From the NCBI GenBank assembly GCA_012401045.1, contig GCA_012401045.1_4704.1: 64,000 bases of DNA; one strand, written 5' to 3'. This document shows, piece by piece, positions 1 to 9,766 of this stretch (positions within the stretch are counted from its first letter, which is position 1; the number at the start of each line of letters is the position of its first letter). The notes under the pieces are model-generated. The model did no database searches. It was not told the origin of the DNA and saw only the letters and a list, made by a program, of their open reading frames with translations. The position numbers and the translations under genes are program-made. This DNA comes from a phage.

Positions 1-387
1 ACGGGTTATGTTTTGCCCGCGAGGAACGCCAGCTAACACGGATAGGAAATGTACGATCCGGTTATTGGTTGCGAACTGCATGTAATCATCGTAGTACTTA
101 AGGTCTTTCATCGCAGACTCTACCGTCATACGACGACCAGGTGACACATACTCAGAATAAGAATAAGCTGCGATCGTGCGGCGGTCTTCAGTGAGGTAAG
201 TATTCCCTTCGGGATGATAACTCTCGACTGTTCCGTCTTCATAGGTGACGGTCACAACAGGTGCACCGTACTCGTCGCGACCGAAATCAATTTTACATTT
301 ATCCGAAAGCGGTAGAACCGTGCAAGGTTTTGCACTGTTCTCATCAGGGAGATCGTAACCACTCATCATTTTCAAGAACATAGACAT
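1..387 (-). CDS. hypothetical protein, 3' end truncated by window edge
   Basis: Minus-strand ATG at 385-387 (MSMFLKMMSGYDLPDE...) stays open to position 1; not in ORF track because no stop lies inside the window. Confidence 0.4.
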   Translation of the reverse strand, partial: MSMFLKMMSGYDLPDENSAKPCTVLPLSDKCKIDFGRDEYGAPVVTVTYEDGTVESYHPEGNTYLTEDRRTIAAYSYSEYVSPGRRMTVESAMKDLKYYDDYMQFATNNRIVHFLSVLAGVPRGQNITR

Positions 388-439
388 AATAGAACCTCAT
401 GATAATAGATAATAGAAATGATAGATAGTACAACAAATT

Positions 440-461
440 GAGGGGTATTATCCCACCCCTC
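440..461 (-). terminator. intergenic hairpin GAGGGG/CCCCTC
   Basis: Inverted repeat between the stop of ORF 472..1005 and the start of the partial gene at 387. Confidence 0.3.
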
Positions 462-471
462 GTAGGGATTA

Positions 472-1005
472 CTACTTAACGATCGCGATGATTTTGCCAC
501 CCGCACCGGCGTAATATGCCGTTAACTTACCAGTAAACAACTCTTGTAAAAGACGATTTACGTTACTAACAAAATTAGGATTGTCCGATTTTACAAACTC
601 GATGTGTCGCGTTTGTTTTACATCACGATCGATTAAGCGTATTTCCAATAACGCACAAATAAGGCTATCGTCAAGTTCACCATTTGCATCCAGCACATTC
701 CCATACGTCGTAGCACGGGCGTCTGCATACATACGGTCAACATCATCCTTCCCAAAACCACAGGAATAGGCATACGTTGCGATGGTATTACCATTATCCA
801 TCACATAAACGTTACCGCCTGGGTAATCGATAAATCGTTGGGATTTATCGCCATGAGCGACGAACTCCAACGTCGGTTTACCCATCGAATTACGGTTGAA
901 TTCAATTGTGGTCAAGCGATCTGGCACCACATGCAACGTGAACGGTTTCGCATTGTTACGATCGCTAGTATCGCAGTTGCCCATTACTTTTACGATAACA
1001 CTCAT
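472..1005 (-). CDS. hypothetical protein (177 aa)
   Basis: ORF track; compact minus-strand gene array. Confidence 0.5.
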   Translation of the reverse strand: MSVIVKVMGNCDTSDRNNAKPFTLHVVPDRLTTIEFNRNSMGKPTLEFVAHGDKSQRFIDYPGGNVYVMDNGNTIATYAYSCGFGKDDVDRMYADARATTYGNVLDANGELDDSLICALLEIRLIDRDVKQTRHIEFVKSDNPNFVSNVNRLLQELFTGKLTAYYAGAGGKIIAIVK

Positions 1006-1079
1006 GTTTTATTCCTTAGTAGTCCTAGTAGTAGTATTGAGGAATTTCACCTCATTAGATAGTCTATTTTGGTAATGTT

Positions 1080-1379
1080 TTACTGAAACAAGACATTAAA
1101 TTCGACAAGATACCCATCGGATCTATCGCCCCGATAACGGTTGCAGAAAACACCGAATTTCATCAAGAACGCACATAACTCTTCGGCTTTGTACAGCGGA
1201 ATACGATTTTCGTCGAGCAGAGGGCACTTATGGCTAACCCGCTCCGACGAATCAACGCAACACAAATAAAGAAGGAACCGAACGATAGCCCGGTTCTTAG
1301 TGAAGCTCTCGAATTCACCTGCGGTTCTGAACTCATCGAGGAGCTTTGTCGTTTTCTTCAATCGTTCACGATCAAGCAT
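1080..1379 (-). CDS. hypothetical protein (99 aa)
   Basis: ORF track; preceded on the minus strand by hairpin then TTATG. Confidence 0.45.
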   Translation of the reverse strand: MLDRERLKKTTKLLDEFRTAGEFESFTKNRAIVRFLLYLCCVDSSERVSHKCPLLDENRIPLYKAEELCAFLMKFGVFCNRYRGDRSDGYLVEFNVLFQ

Positions 1380-1401
1380 GTTAACCTCAATACGAACATA
1401 A

Positions 1402-1433
1402 CCCTCCTCCTTCCCTTACGGGTTGGAGGAGGG
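1402..1433 (-). terminator. CCCTCCTCC/GGAGGAGGG hairpin followed by TTATG on the coding strand
   Basis: 9-bp inverted repeat, member of the recurrent intergenic hairpin family. Confidence 0.4.
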
Positions 1434-1442
1434 AATATGCTG

Positions 1443-1757
1443 TTATTCTGTTTTCGGTGTTGAACCGTTCTTCTTGAAGTCGGATTCGTATTTCACGTTA
1501 GAATCGAGAACCTCACGAACGGTTTTATCCGTACAACCACGAGCGATGTATGCATTAAGATCATCACGTAATTTACGCATCGTTGTTTTATCCACATCAG
1601 AAACATCTGACTTGGTAAGACGGAATGCGATTGCATCGCGAATTTTATTCAACGTTGCTGGGTTATTACGCTGTTCTGCAAATACCGCTTTGATGAACTT
1701 ATCGCTATCTTTCGAAGCAATAGCAGCATCAAGAATCTCAATATGCTTTTCAGACAT
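1443..1757 (-). CDS. hypothetical protein (104 aa)
   Basis: ORF track. Confidence 0.5.
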   Translation of the reverse strand: MSEKHIEILDAAIASKDSDKFIKAVFAEQRNNPATLNKIRDAIAFRLTKSDVSDVDKTTMRKLRDDLNAYIARGCTDKTVREVLDSNVKYESDFKKNGSTPKTE

Positions 1758-1808
1758 CTTCTTTCCTTTAATAAACGATCATCGTCATATTCATTGCGCG
1801 TGACGTCG

Positions 1809-3062
1809 TCACTTCAGAAGCTTAGACGCCGCCATGCTTCGCGCCTTCGCAACGTCATACGCATCCATGATTGCGTCACCGATAGCGGTATGACGGATCA
1901 ACGGAATACCCATATCTGGATACTCTTTGGTACCTAAGATGGATACCGGTTTGTCTTGATATGCGGCAATCATCGAACGGATATCCTGAACCTGGTTATA
2001 ACGACAAACTGGCTTAAAGCCTGCTTTACGGAACCAATGCTCTAATTGAGGCCAATCTGTTTCACCGCGAGCAAGATAATAGAAGGCATCCTTACCGTAA
2101 TATTCGGTCATTTCATCACGGATATTGTTAACAAACGCATTCACTGTGGTAATGGCTTCTTTATAGTCCATCACTCCGTCATGCTGAAAACAATAGTCGC
2201 GCGCTTCCTTCGGTGCTTTGGTTTGCCACCATTCTACCGTGGACTTACTAATATCACCACCATCAGCGATTTGACCATAAACGTCAGGGAAGATATCTAT
2301 ACGTGGGCCGTTAATAACAGATTCTGGATTAGCTAGATCAAAGAACAAGATGCCGATTTCCAGCAGTACCCCGTTCTTTTCCAGACTGAGATTCTCCACA
2401 TCCAGGCAAAACGCAGGTTTCTCTACCGCTGAAAAATCAAAATATCCTTCGAAACGTGGCGTTGGTTCAGCAGCGAGAAACGTCTCATGGACGAACTGAG
2501 AGAATGTCTTATTCTCTGCTACTAAGTCAATGCCCAATTTACTTAGCAGTGGTATAAGCGCACGGTCGTTCTGCTCGATTATCACCAACTCTTGGTTTTT
2601 GATATAACGACCAATTGAGTAAAAAAGATGAACGATATCTAACGGTTTATACGGAGCCCCAAATGTTGTTCCCTGGAACGACTGAGCTAGCGCCTTATGC
2701 GTTTCTTCGCGATGATTCATCAGTTGGATAATAGCGCAGCGCAGATAATGCCGTAATGTTATCTCGTGAAGATGCGACGTATCTTCCTGAAATAACGTCA
2801 TGAAACCGTGATACGTATAATACTCTCCTCTTTTAATTTCTTCGAGGAGTTCTTTGTCCCCATTTATTTCCTCTGGTGTTATCGGTTCGATTTGATCGTG
2901 GATAATGTTGAGCAGGTCACTGCCGTGTACCTTAAACAGTTTTTCAACGTCAAGATTAGGTAAAGTCGCAATCGCCGCGTACATTAATGTTTCTGCGGGA
3001 TTAAGTTCTTTATTGTCAATTGTGATGGTTAAAGCCATTTTGTTATACCTCATCGAAATCAA
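1809..3062 (-). CDS. protein with C-terminal DEDDh (DnaQ-like) 3'-5' exonuclease domain
   Basis: Exo I-like FCLDVE and Exo III-like HTAIGDAIMDAYDV motifs in the C-terminal half; N-terminal half has no recognised motif. Confidence 0.5.
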   Translation of the reverse strand: MISMRYNKMALTITIDNKELNPAETLMYAAIATLPNLDVEKLFKVHGSDLLNIIHDQIEPITPEEINGDKELLEEIKRGEYYTYHGFMTLFQEDTSHLHEITLRHYLRCAIIQLMNHREETHKALAQSFQGTTFGAPYKPLDIVHLFYSIGRYIKNQELVIIEQNDRALIPLLSKLGIDLVAENKTFSQFVHETFLAAEPTPRFEGYFDFSAVEKPAFCLDVENLSLEKNGVLLEIGILFFDLANPESVINGPRIDIFPDVYGQIADGGDISKSTVEWWQTKAPKEARDYCFQHDGVMDYKEAITTVNAFVNNIRDEMTEYYGKDAFYYLARGETDWPQLEHWFRKAGFKPVCRYNQVQDIRSMIAAYQDKPVSILGTKEYPDMGIPLIRHTAIGDAIMDAYDVAKARSMAASKLLK

Positions 3063-3082
3063 ATTAGTTCAGTTCTGGTTTA

Positions 3083-3418
3083 TCATTCCGGTCTATCAGC
3101 AGCCAGACCAAGTCCAGTCAGCATCACGTAGTCGTACCAAGCTTTTACTTTTGCTTTCGCCTCATCTAAACTATCTGCGTTGATGTGCGAAAACTCATCG
3201 TTGACTGGGAAAGGTAAATCGCAGTCGTAGCTTGTATAGTCTTTCCAACCTTTCCATTCGATAGTTAGAGAACCAAAAACGGTCTCAGCAACAACGTGGT
3301 TATAGCGACATTCTTCACATGGCGAGCGCTCTTCCGACCAAACAAGCTCATGCTGCGCTAAAAGTTGTTGTACGACCGATAACGGTTGCTCTTCATTAAG
3401 TTCGATGCTGTCTATCAT
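3083..3418 (-). CDS. hypothetical protein (111 aa)
   Basis: ORF track; 4-nt overlap with upstream gene. Confidence 0.45.
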   Translation of the reverse strand: MIDSIELNEEQPLSVVQQLLAQHELVWSEERSPCEECRYNHVVAETVFGSLTIEWKGWKDYTSYDCDLPFPVNDEFSHINADSLDEAKAKVKAWYDYVMLTGLGLAADRPE

Positions 3419-4011
3419 CGTATACCCTCCTTTTCCTTATCGTAATCGCTGCAAATATTGACAAACGCAGTATTATCAGACAGCGTGGCGACCATCTGAC
3501 GGATTGCGTCCAACGGTTCAAGTTTAGGATTGATTGATTCACCGGTCAACGCGCTTATTGCTCGTGTGATCTCAACCAAATCAACGTTCGGGTCGTTATC
3601 ATCGATGACGAGCAGACTCTTCGCTGGTTTCTGACGACGTTTGATGATCAACAAATACGTGATGAGATTCTCACGCCATGCGTCAGAATCCAGATTGCGT
3701 ATCAGGGTTAACGCACGACGTTCTTCCGCCCACGATGGTTTCTCACGGATAACAGGCATGTAAGATAACTGCTCAGCAAGTCCTTTCAAACTGACACGGT
3801 TGGTACCACCAGGATGCTCACTAATCCGCAACATCTCGGTTAACAGACGGACATAGGCGGCTGTTGTCGAAACACCCCTCAACGGCAGGAACACATTATG
3901 TCCTGGGACACCATCGTGACTCAGCGGTGCGATATACGCCATGAATCGCCGAATATCATCATCGGTCTGTTCCCCAGCAACGAACTTAAACGCTTCACGT
4001 AAAACGCTCAC
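3415..4011 (-). CDS. hypothetical protein (198 aa)
   Basis: ORF track. Confidence 0.5.
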   Translation of the reverse strand: MSVLREAFKFVAGEQTDDDIRRFMAYIAPLSHDGVPGHNVFLPLRGVSTTAAYVRLLTEMLRISEHPGGTNRVSLKGLAEQLSYMPVIREKPSWAEERRALTLIRNLDSDAWRENLITYLLIIKRRQKPAKSLLVIDDNDPNVDLVEITRAISALTGESINPKLEPLDAIRQMVATLSDNTAFVNICSDYDKEKEGIR

Positions 4012-4297
4012 TATGAAGTCTCCTTAATGTTTCTTGCATACGTAGTCTCTTCGGCAGAAATAGACGTTTGTATAGATCAATTAACAGATAACGCATAACA
4101 GAAGCGACCACCAGGTATTCACCTTCAGCTTCCGAATAACGTATCATGTTAATTGGGTAATTCAAATAAGAATAAGAAAAGAGATCATCGTTGGTAAGGT
4201 GATGATCTTCAAGATACTGACGAAACAATTTTGCTAAGGCATCGTACTCCATTCCGTAGTAACACAACGACACCTGTCTTGCAGATAGTCGTTTCAT
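3995..4297 (-). CDS. hypothetical protein (100 aa)
   Basis: ORF track. Confidence 0.4.
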   Translation of the reverse strand: MKRLSARQVSLCYYGMEYDALAKLFRQYLEDHHLTNDDLFSYSYLNYPINMIRYSEAEGEYLVVASVMRYLLIDLYKRLFLPKRLRMQETLRRLHSERFT

Positions 4298-5136
4298 GCT
4301 GGGTTACCTTTTAGTTTTCCACGTATCATGTCGACAACGCGTGAGGGATCAGAAATAACATTGGCGATAAGATGATCGATAGGTAGGTCGAGAATGATAT
4401 TCTTCAGCTGGAAAGCCGTATCTTTACGACGCACGCCGTAGAACACGCCATCTTTAAACACAACCTCGTACGAGATGGGGAGCTGGCTAATAACCGTGTT
4501 AGCGTAATCACCCAACCACATCGACCCCGCCATCAGATGCGCACAAACCGCATGACTAATACGCACATCTTTGTTCTTCCGGTTAACGTCTTTGGTTTTC
4601 GACATGGTAACCAGAAGCTCACCGATCTTACTCAGCATATCGTCGTATACCCCAAAGAACTTAATCAGTTGTCGGGCACCTAACGATATATATGTTTCTC
4701 GTGGTAAGACACAACACACCTGCGGTAACGTTCCAACCCCATAGACACAACTGTGTGGTGATAATGGAAGCAAATCAGCAACCGCGTTCTTGATGTTGTT
4801 ATACTCAACGATATCGTTGAACGGTGAAAGACCTTTCGTAATCGGTTTATCAATCGCCACATCGAACTCCGCGAACGTCCATGCTGATTTACGTGGTTCC
4901 CCTTTCTGGTACGGTGGAGCCAGTACCGCGACAACACGAAGTCGATGTTCATGGGTATCACGTAGCTTAAGTTGGATACCCTCACCGTCACCCTCACGCA
5001 CAAGTGAGTAGCGGCTTGCGCAGTCATCACATACCACCGTTGGTTCGTGTTGACCGTATGCTGCAAGCATCGGTTTACTAAGATCTTTATCACAGTGTTT
5101 ACAGCGATGATCCTGTTCCTGATAACTAATTTTCAC
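4294..5136 (-). CDS. hypothetical Zn-ribbon protein (280 aa)
   Basis: N-terminal CKHCDK...CDDC cysteine pairs. Confidence 0.5.
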   Translation of the reverse strand: MKISYQEQDHRCKHCDKDLSKPMLAAYGQHEPTVVCDDCASRYSLVREGDGEGIQLKLRDTHEHRLRVVAVLAPPYQKGEPRKSAWTFAEFDVAIDKPITKGLSPFNDIVEYNNIKNAVADLLPLSPHSCVYGVGTLPQVCCVLPRETYISLGARQLIKFFGVYDDMLSKIGELLVTMSKTKDVNRKNKDVRISHAVCAHLMAGSMWLGDYANTVISQLPISYEVVFKDGVFYGVRRKDTAFQLKNIILDLPIDHLIANVISDPSRVVDMIRGKLKGNPA

Positions 5137-5151
5137 ACCGAGACCCCTTTG

Positions 5152-6108
5152 TTAATGCAAGACACGATCTGCTGGAATTATCGTGGCATTGCTGTCGGAC
5201 AGATTCGTCGCTTTACGATCAGGACTGAATCGACGAGCGTTCTCTTCATGGTAGTTGACGGGGTTATCCTGTTTTAACAGTTCCATTGCCTCATCAAACG
5301 TTAGTTCCCGAAATCCTCTTGGGTAGAGGAACAAGGGTTCATCAACATCCAGCCCTTTAACAAACCCGTGCGACAACCAGACGCTACCATCAGCACTGTA
5401 AAGAACCGGCTCAACATCATAATCCAAGACGTATTGATACCAATAATTAAACAGTTGAGCAATCCACCGATTACGTAATAAGTAATCGATCATAACCGCA
5501 CTACGCACGCTGTGACACCAGCCGATCTTACCATCAACTTTCTGCAACAACGTACCCTCATTTGCTTGATGGATAACCGCATTAAATAACCACGCAAGAT
5601 CGGTTGCGAAAAGTGCTGCTTCTTGAATATCGCTAACGTAACGCACGGGTATCGTCAGATGCGTGCGGTAATGCGACATCGCCTCTTCGTAGTTGTCTCC
5701 TTCGATGCAGAGAGTCCCGTTTGGTGACAGATGTCCCTGATTCAACGACTGACCGATATAAAGATCAGCGATCGCGTTAATATGTTCGACGGTACCCAAG
5801 GTTAACTCAGACATAAAACAATCGACATCAACAGCCATCGATGTACTGGAAACAAACGGATTGGCTGGGCGAGTTGTATTAGAGAAAATAATCGACCAAA
5901 TCGCTTCGTGTTTTTCATCCGATGGCAAAAACGAAATATGGCGTTCTGCGCTATTATCGACAACAAATACCTTTACGGTTTTCAAACAGCTAGTACAAAC
6001 ATAGCACGTGTTCGGCAACGGCATATCCGAAAACATATCGTAACGAATCGATGCCAGCGAAATGTCATGTCCGCAATGAGGGCATGTCGTATCAATAAGC
6101 GTTTTCAT
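5152..6108 (-). CDS. hypothetical Zn-ribbon protein (318 aa)
   Basis: N-terminal CPHCGHD...CYVCTSC. Confidence 0.5.
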   Translation of the reverse strand: MKTLIDTTCPHCGHDISLASIRYDMFSDMPLPNTCYVCTSCLKTVKVFVVDNSAERHISFLPSDEKHEAIWSIIFSNTTRPANPFVSSTSMAVDVDCFMSELTLGTVEHINAIADLYIGQSLNQGHLSPNGTLCIEGDNYEEAMSHYRTHLTIPVRYVSDIQEAALFATDLAWLFNAVIHQANEGTLLQKVDGKIGWCHSVRSAVMIDYLLRNRWIAQLFNYWYQYVLDYDVEPVLYSADGSVWLSHGFVKGLDVDEPLFLYPRGFRELTFDEAMELLKQDNPVNYHEENARRFSPDRKATNLSDSNATIIPADRVLH

Positions 6109-6374
6109 TATTGAATTCCTTTTGATAAGAATAACTGAATATCGGTAAACTGTTCTTCAGGAACATCGTCAGCAGCCGTTAGAACCTTAGGGCCGTGTTC
6201 ATTGAGGTAAGCTTCCCGTAGACGATGATGACGTCGATTGGCTTCCTGGAACTCGGTGTCCGTCATGTAAACCAGCGTAAACTTCGAACGTTTATTCGGA
6301 TTATATCTCTTATTACGTTTCTTTGGTTTCTTCGCCATAATAGCCTCGTGAAGGTGGATGGGTGTACCATCCAC
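6108..6374 (-). CDS. small basic protein
   Basis: MAKKPKKRNKRYNPNKRSK lysine/arginine-rich N-terminus; true start may be the internal Met. Confidence 0.4.
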   Translation of the reverse strand: MDGTPIHLHEAIMAKKPKKRNKRYNPNKRSKFTLVYMTDTEFQEANRRHHRLREAYLNEHGPKVLTAADDVPEEQFTDIQLFLSKGIQ

Positions 6375-6385
6375 CTTCCTCTATG

Positions 6386-6907
6386 TTAAAGTGCGTTCAA
6401 TTCTTCAGGTGTACGTACAGTACGCGTGTTAGGATCAACCATTGCTGGCACACCCGCTGGACATTTACGGACATCGATCCGCATTTCCGGCTCGATCGGA
6501 CGAACACGATACGTTTTACCGTCGTCGGTTAACACCGAAATGGTCAACGCTTGATTCAACTCACTAACGAAGTTCACCAAACGCTGTTGTCCGCCCTTCG
6601 ACCAGAAGTTAAGATCGGTTTCTCCATTGAAATAACTGATTCCATCAGCGGTTCCAATCGTGATTTTAACGATACCCGGATAGTCACGAAGAAGAGGTGC
6701 CTGATAACCTTCATCTTCCGTATCCAGTTTTACCCACGCGCCTCCCGTAGACAAGCAGTTAACTTCCAGGGCGGTTGGTGCACTGACTTCTGCTGATGAC
6801 CAGGTATACATCGTGCCTAGTTTAGCGTGTCCGGTTTCCAGTTCGCTATAATCCCAAGCATGTGCTGATGCCGTAATAAAGAAAGCCGCAAGAAATAACT
6901 TTTTCAT
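6386..6907 (-). CDS. secreted protein with Sec-type signal peptide
   Basis: MKKLFLAAFFITASAHA then W: n-region, hydrophobic core, AxA cleavage site. Confidence 0.55.
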   Translation of the reverse strand: MKKLFLAAFFITASAHAWDYSELETGHAKLGTMYTWSSAEVSAPTALEVNCLSTGGAWVKLDTEDEGYQAPLLRDYPGIVKITIGTADGISYFNGETDLNFWSKGGQQRLVNFVSELNQALTISVLTDDGKTYRVRPIEPEMRIDVRKCPAGVPAMVDPNTRTVRTPEELNAL

Positions 6908-6961
6908 TCTTTCGATTCCTATTAAAAGTGACCGATTTCTGTGGTCGAGATTGCTAATAAA

Positions 6962-7423
6962 TTAATTCCGGTTTTGTTTCCGTATTGCACGGTTACGTTT
7001 ACGTTCTTGGTCTTTGACTGCACCAAGAAACTTCTTTAATTCTGATGGTTCGAGTGTACCCTCACGTACCACACCGTTTTGTTCGATATGGTACGACCAA
7101 TAACCAACTTCAGCCGTTAAGGATAACGTTGTCGGTTGCTCATCAGGTAACGATCGGGGTGAAAAAATAAAGAGTAATTCAAAAGGCGTTTCTCGGCTGA
7201 TGGTGGGACGGATACTCACATCGAGTCCCTCCCATCGCTGAGGTTTAAATATTCCTCCGGCGGCGATGATTGTCTCCGAGCGCTGGTCTACAAGCTCAGC
7301 TAATTCACGATCATCATTGAAATAAATATCGTGAAGGATATCCGTATCGATAAAAAACCCGCGATCCGAATCGTGACGAACAATGGAATTCTTCATTCTA
7401 ACGCCTTTATTGTTTGTTTTCAT
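6962..7423 (-). CDS. hypothetical protein with basic C-terminal tail
   Basis: ORF track; C-terminus KDQERKRNRAIRKQNRN. Confidence 0.45.
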   Translation of the reverse strand: MKTNNKGVRMKNSIVRHDSDRGFFIDTDILHDIYFNDDRELAELVDQRSETIIAAGGIFKPQRWEGLDVSIRPTISRETPFELLFIFSPRSLPDEQPTTLSLTAEVGYWSYHIEQNGVVREGTLEPSELKKFLGAVKDQERKRNRAIRKQNRN

Positions 7424-7470
7424 GTCCTATACGAACATGAAAAACCGTTAATTTTTACCGTAGTCGCGTG

Positions 7471-7746
7471 TTAAAAATCCACCCCGCGACCCGTCATCGA
7501 CGAAGGAACCGCGCGATAATAGAAGTAGATGTAATGGTCGCGATGGCTAAAACAGTTTTTGCAAGCATAGAACTCTCCAGATCCAATGAATGATTTAATA
7601 CGTGTAACTTGAGGGTGTCGTGCGAGTAACGCCCGTAGGACGATTTCCATTTGGTGTGCGCTCAAACCGGGTCGAGCTGCGACATGATAATGAAGCTCCG
7701 TAAGAAATCGTTTCCAGGGATCAGTTTGTGTCGATGATCGAGACAT
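7471..7746 (-). CDS. hypothetical protein (91 aa)
   Basis: ORF track; AAGGAG upstream of ATG at 7746. Confidence 0.45.
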   Translation of the reverse strand: MSRSSTQTDPWKRFLTELHYHVAARPGLSAHQMEIVLRALLARHPQVTRIKSFIGSGEFYACKNCFSHRDHYIYFYYRAVPSSMTGRGVDF

Positions 7747-7784
7747 CTTTATCTCCTTAACAGGTGCTGGTAACGCAGCATAAA

Positions 7785-7802
7785 CCCTCCCCGAAGGGAG
7801 GG
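7785..7802 (-). terminator. CCCTCCC-loop-GGGAGGG hairpin followed by TTTATG
   Basis: Lies between the stop of 7813..8370 and the start of 7471..7746. Confidence 0.4.
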
Positions 7803-7812
7803 CGATTAACGA

Positions 7813-8370
7813 TTACTCCATCCATACTTCTTCGTCGTAATGATTTTCTATCGCATTACGCCAAAAACGCACGGTGTCCAAACTAATCGGTGCATAAAAA
7901 TGCTGATCAACGCCGACATTAAGTCCGTTGGCCTTCGCTAACATACAGCGATGAATATGACCGAATAAATTAAAGTAGCCTGGGTTTCTTTCGCTGGGCT
8001 TATGGCAGAGCCAGTAGGATTCGTCATTGCTAATCGGTAGCACCAACGGATGTTCATAAACCGCAGCAAACCCCATACCGAGCAGTTTATCACGCCAAGC
8101 TTCGAAGCTTAACCCTGTTGCTCTGCATGCGTCTTCGTCCCAATTCCCCAATACCAATTGAACCTGGATATCAGAACGAATGGCTTCCACGAACTCGAAC
8201 TTACCCCAATCACCTAAATGCCATAACACACTGTTCTTTGGAAGCTTATTGATGGCTTTCAGCATATGCTGGTTCATATCGGCGACGCTTGCGAACGGAC
8301 GGCGTGAATACGTCCATGTACGCTCGCTATCAAAATGGGTATCCGATATAAAGAAGATGGGTGAGGTCAT
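7813..8370 (-). CDS. calcineurin-like metallophosphoesterase
   Basis: Ordered motifs ISDTHF, HLGDWG, GNWDED, GHIH. Confidence 0.6.
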   Translation of the reverse strand: MTSPIFFISDTHFDSERTWTYSRRPFASVADMNQHMLKAINKLPKNSVLWHLGDWGKFEFVEAIRSDIQVQLVLGNWDEDACRATGLSFEAWRDKLLGMGFAAVYEHPLVLPISNDESYWLCHKPSERNPGYFNLFGHIHRCMLAKANGLNVGVDQHFYAPISLDTVRFWRNAIENHYDEEVWME

Positions 8371-8849
8371 TGATCTAATTGCTCCAGAAACGCACGACCC
8401 GATTTACTTGCTTTTAAATGCTGTTCTGCGGAAGTAAGCAGAAGATCGGTTGGTGTGAACGCAGCGCTACCTTTCCATGCTGTTTTCAGTTTACCCTTTT
8501 CGATACTGAACTGAATCAGTTGTTGGGTACCGAAGTTAAGCGTGTTCGTCGCGGCGCTAAATACACCACCCATCATGCTGTAACCAAAGACTTTCACATT
8601 TTCCGTGTAGAAGTCATTGTCGATCAGTTTGTTCTGGAGCTCGAGTTGGTCGGACGGCAGCAATCCCCCATCAAAGACACTTAAAATACCAGCCAGGCGA
8701 TACATACTCACCTTTCCTGAAACGCCCACAACGTAATTGCCGTACAGGGTTTCTTCCAGTTTAGCAACAACGGTGCGATCGTCGGAGGTTTTCATCGAAA
8801 CCTCAATACCATCACCAATTTCTGTTAACGTTAAATCAACGATACTCAT
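8367..8849 (-). CDS. hypothetical protein (160 aa)
   Basis: ORF track; 4-nt overlap with downstream gene. Confidence 0.45.
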   Translation of the reverse strand: MSIVDLTLTEIGDGIEVSMKTSDDRTVVAKLEETLYGNYVVGVSGKVSMYRLAGILSVFDGGLLPSDQLELQNKLIDNDFYTENVKVFGYSMMGGVFSAATNTLNFGTQQLIQFSIEKGKLKTAWKGSAAFTPTDLLLTSAEQHLKASKSGRAFLEQLDQ

Positions 8850-8871
8850 TCATTATTCTCCGCTTTCATGT

Positions 8872-9558
8872 TTAACACATGATTTCACCATGTTTCTTTT
8901 CGACATACGTATAAACATCATCCAAATAAGCAATGAGTTTATCACGATCCGCACAAAGCGATTTAATCGCCGCAATCTCTTTCATATAAAGCTGCTGACC
9001 TAACGCTGGATACGTAATCCAAGCGTAGCCGTCAGGCGCAAATTTAGAAATAAGATAATCGGCGGTTTCCTGTAATGCGAACTCTTTGCTCATCTGACCG
9101 TAACGATGTTCGATTGCGCGGATACCAAAACGTTCGCTATCAAGACGACCCATATCCGCCAGACGAAGCACCTGAGAAGCAACCGAGCTGCGTGGACCAG
9201 AGTACGAGGCACGATGTTCAGCAATAAGTACACGTATCTCTTCGATGTCTTCCGGTGTGAAAATATGCTGCTCGTTACGAAGCAGAATAACCGACGCACG
9301 AATACCCCCGATAAGGTGGTGGTAGGTTCTGTTTTCATGGCAAGCGATATCATGCATAAAAGCAGCTGTTAATAGACGGCGGCGTTCGGTAGGTCTAATA
9401 ATCCCAACCACATCAGCAAGTTCATTTGCCAGTTCAACAACAGCAAGCACATGTTCTTCTTGATGTGCAAGATCGTTCTTCCGAATATTTTCAATTACTT
9501 CAGCGCGTGTTTCCTGAGATAAGAAATTTAAACAATCCAACGAATATAAAGATTTCAT
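8872..9558 (-). CDS. putative HD-domain phosphohydrolase
   Basis: His then AAFMHDIA (HD dyad) then further His residues; motif-level only. Confidence 0.4.
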   Translation of the reverse strand: MKSLYSLDCLNFLSQETRAEVIENIRKNDLAHQEEHVLAVVELANELADVVGIIRPTERRRLLTAAFMHDIACHENRTYHHLIGGIRASVILLRNEQHIFTPEDIEEIRVLIAEHRASYSGPRSSVASQVLRLADMGRLDSERFGIRAIEHRYGQMSKEFALQETADYLISKFAPDGYAWITYPALGQQLYMKEIAAIKSLCADRDKLIAYLDDVYTYVEKKHGEIMC

Positions 9559-9600
9559 CGCACGTACCTCTTTGAATCTATTAATAAATTTTCTTTACTC

Positions 9601-9623
9601 ACGTAAGTAATATAGCCGTGAAA
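9601..9623 (-). promoter_or_regulatory. candidate phage early promoter, TATATTAC core on the minus strand
   Basis: One of four near-identical copies of a 23-nt motif, about 50 nt upstream of the ATG at 9558. Confidence 0.45.
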
Positions 9624-9702
9624 GGATTTGTGTTGGCCCGTTTCGATGCCCATCGTATTTTATGGATTGTCGAATGACGTCATTTTAAGGGACATCCCCG
9701 GC

Positions 9703-9731
9703 CTCCTCCCCAGGAAAGGTGTGGGGAGGAG
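9703..9731 (+). terminator. CTCCTCCCC/GGGGAGGAG hairpin followed by TTTTTA
   Basis: 9-bp perfect inverted repeat in a divergent intergenic region; overlaps the GTG start proposed by the ORF track. Confidence 0.35.
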
Positions 9732-9766
9732 TTTTTATCATACATTCTATTAAATCGAGCGCGATT

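Noticed and set aside
4680-5093. 137-aa minus-strand ORF in an alternate frame
   Set aside because: Lies entirely inside 4294..5136, which has the Zn-ribbon motif; the product is Arg/His-rich.
9719-9766. GTG start at 9719 for the SNF2 helicase
   Set aside because: The GTG sits inside the 9703-9731 hairpin; the in-frame ATG at 9767 is preferred, though neither has a strong Shine-Dalgarno.
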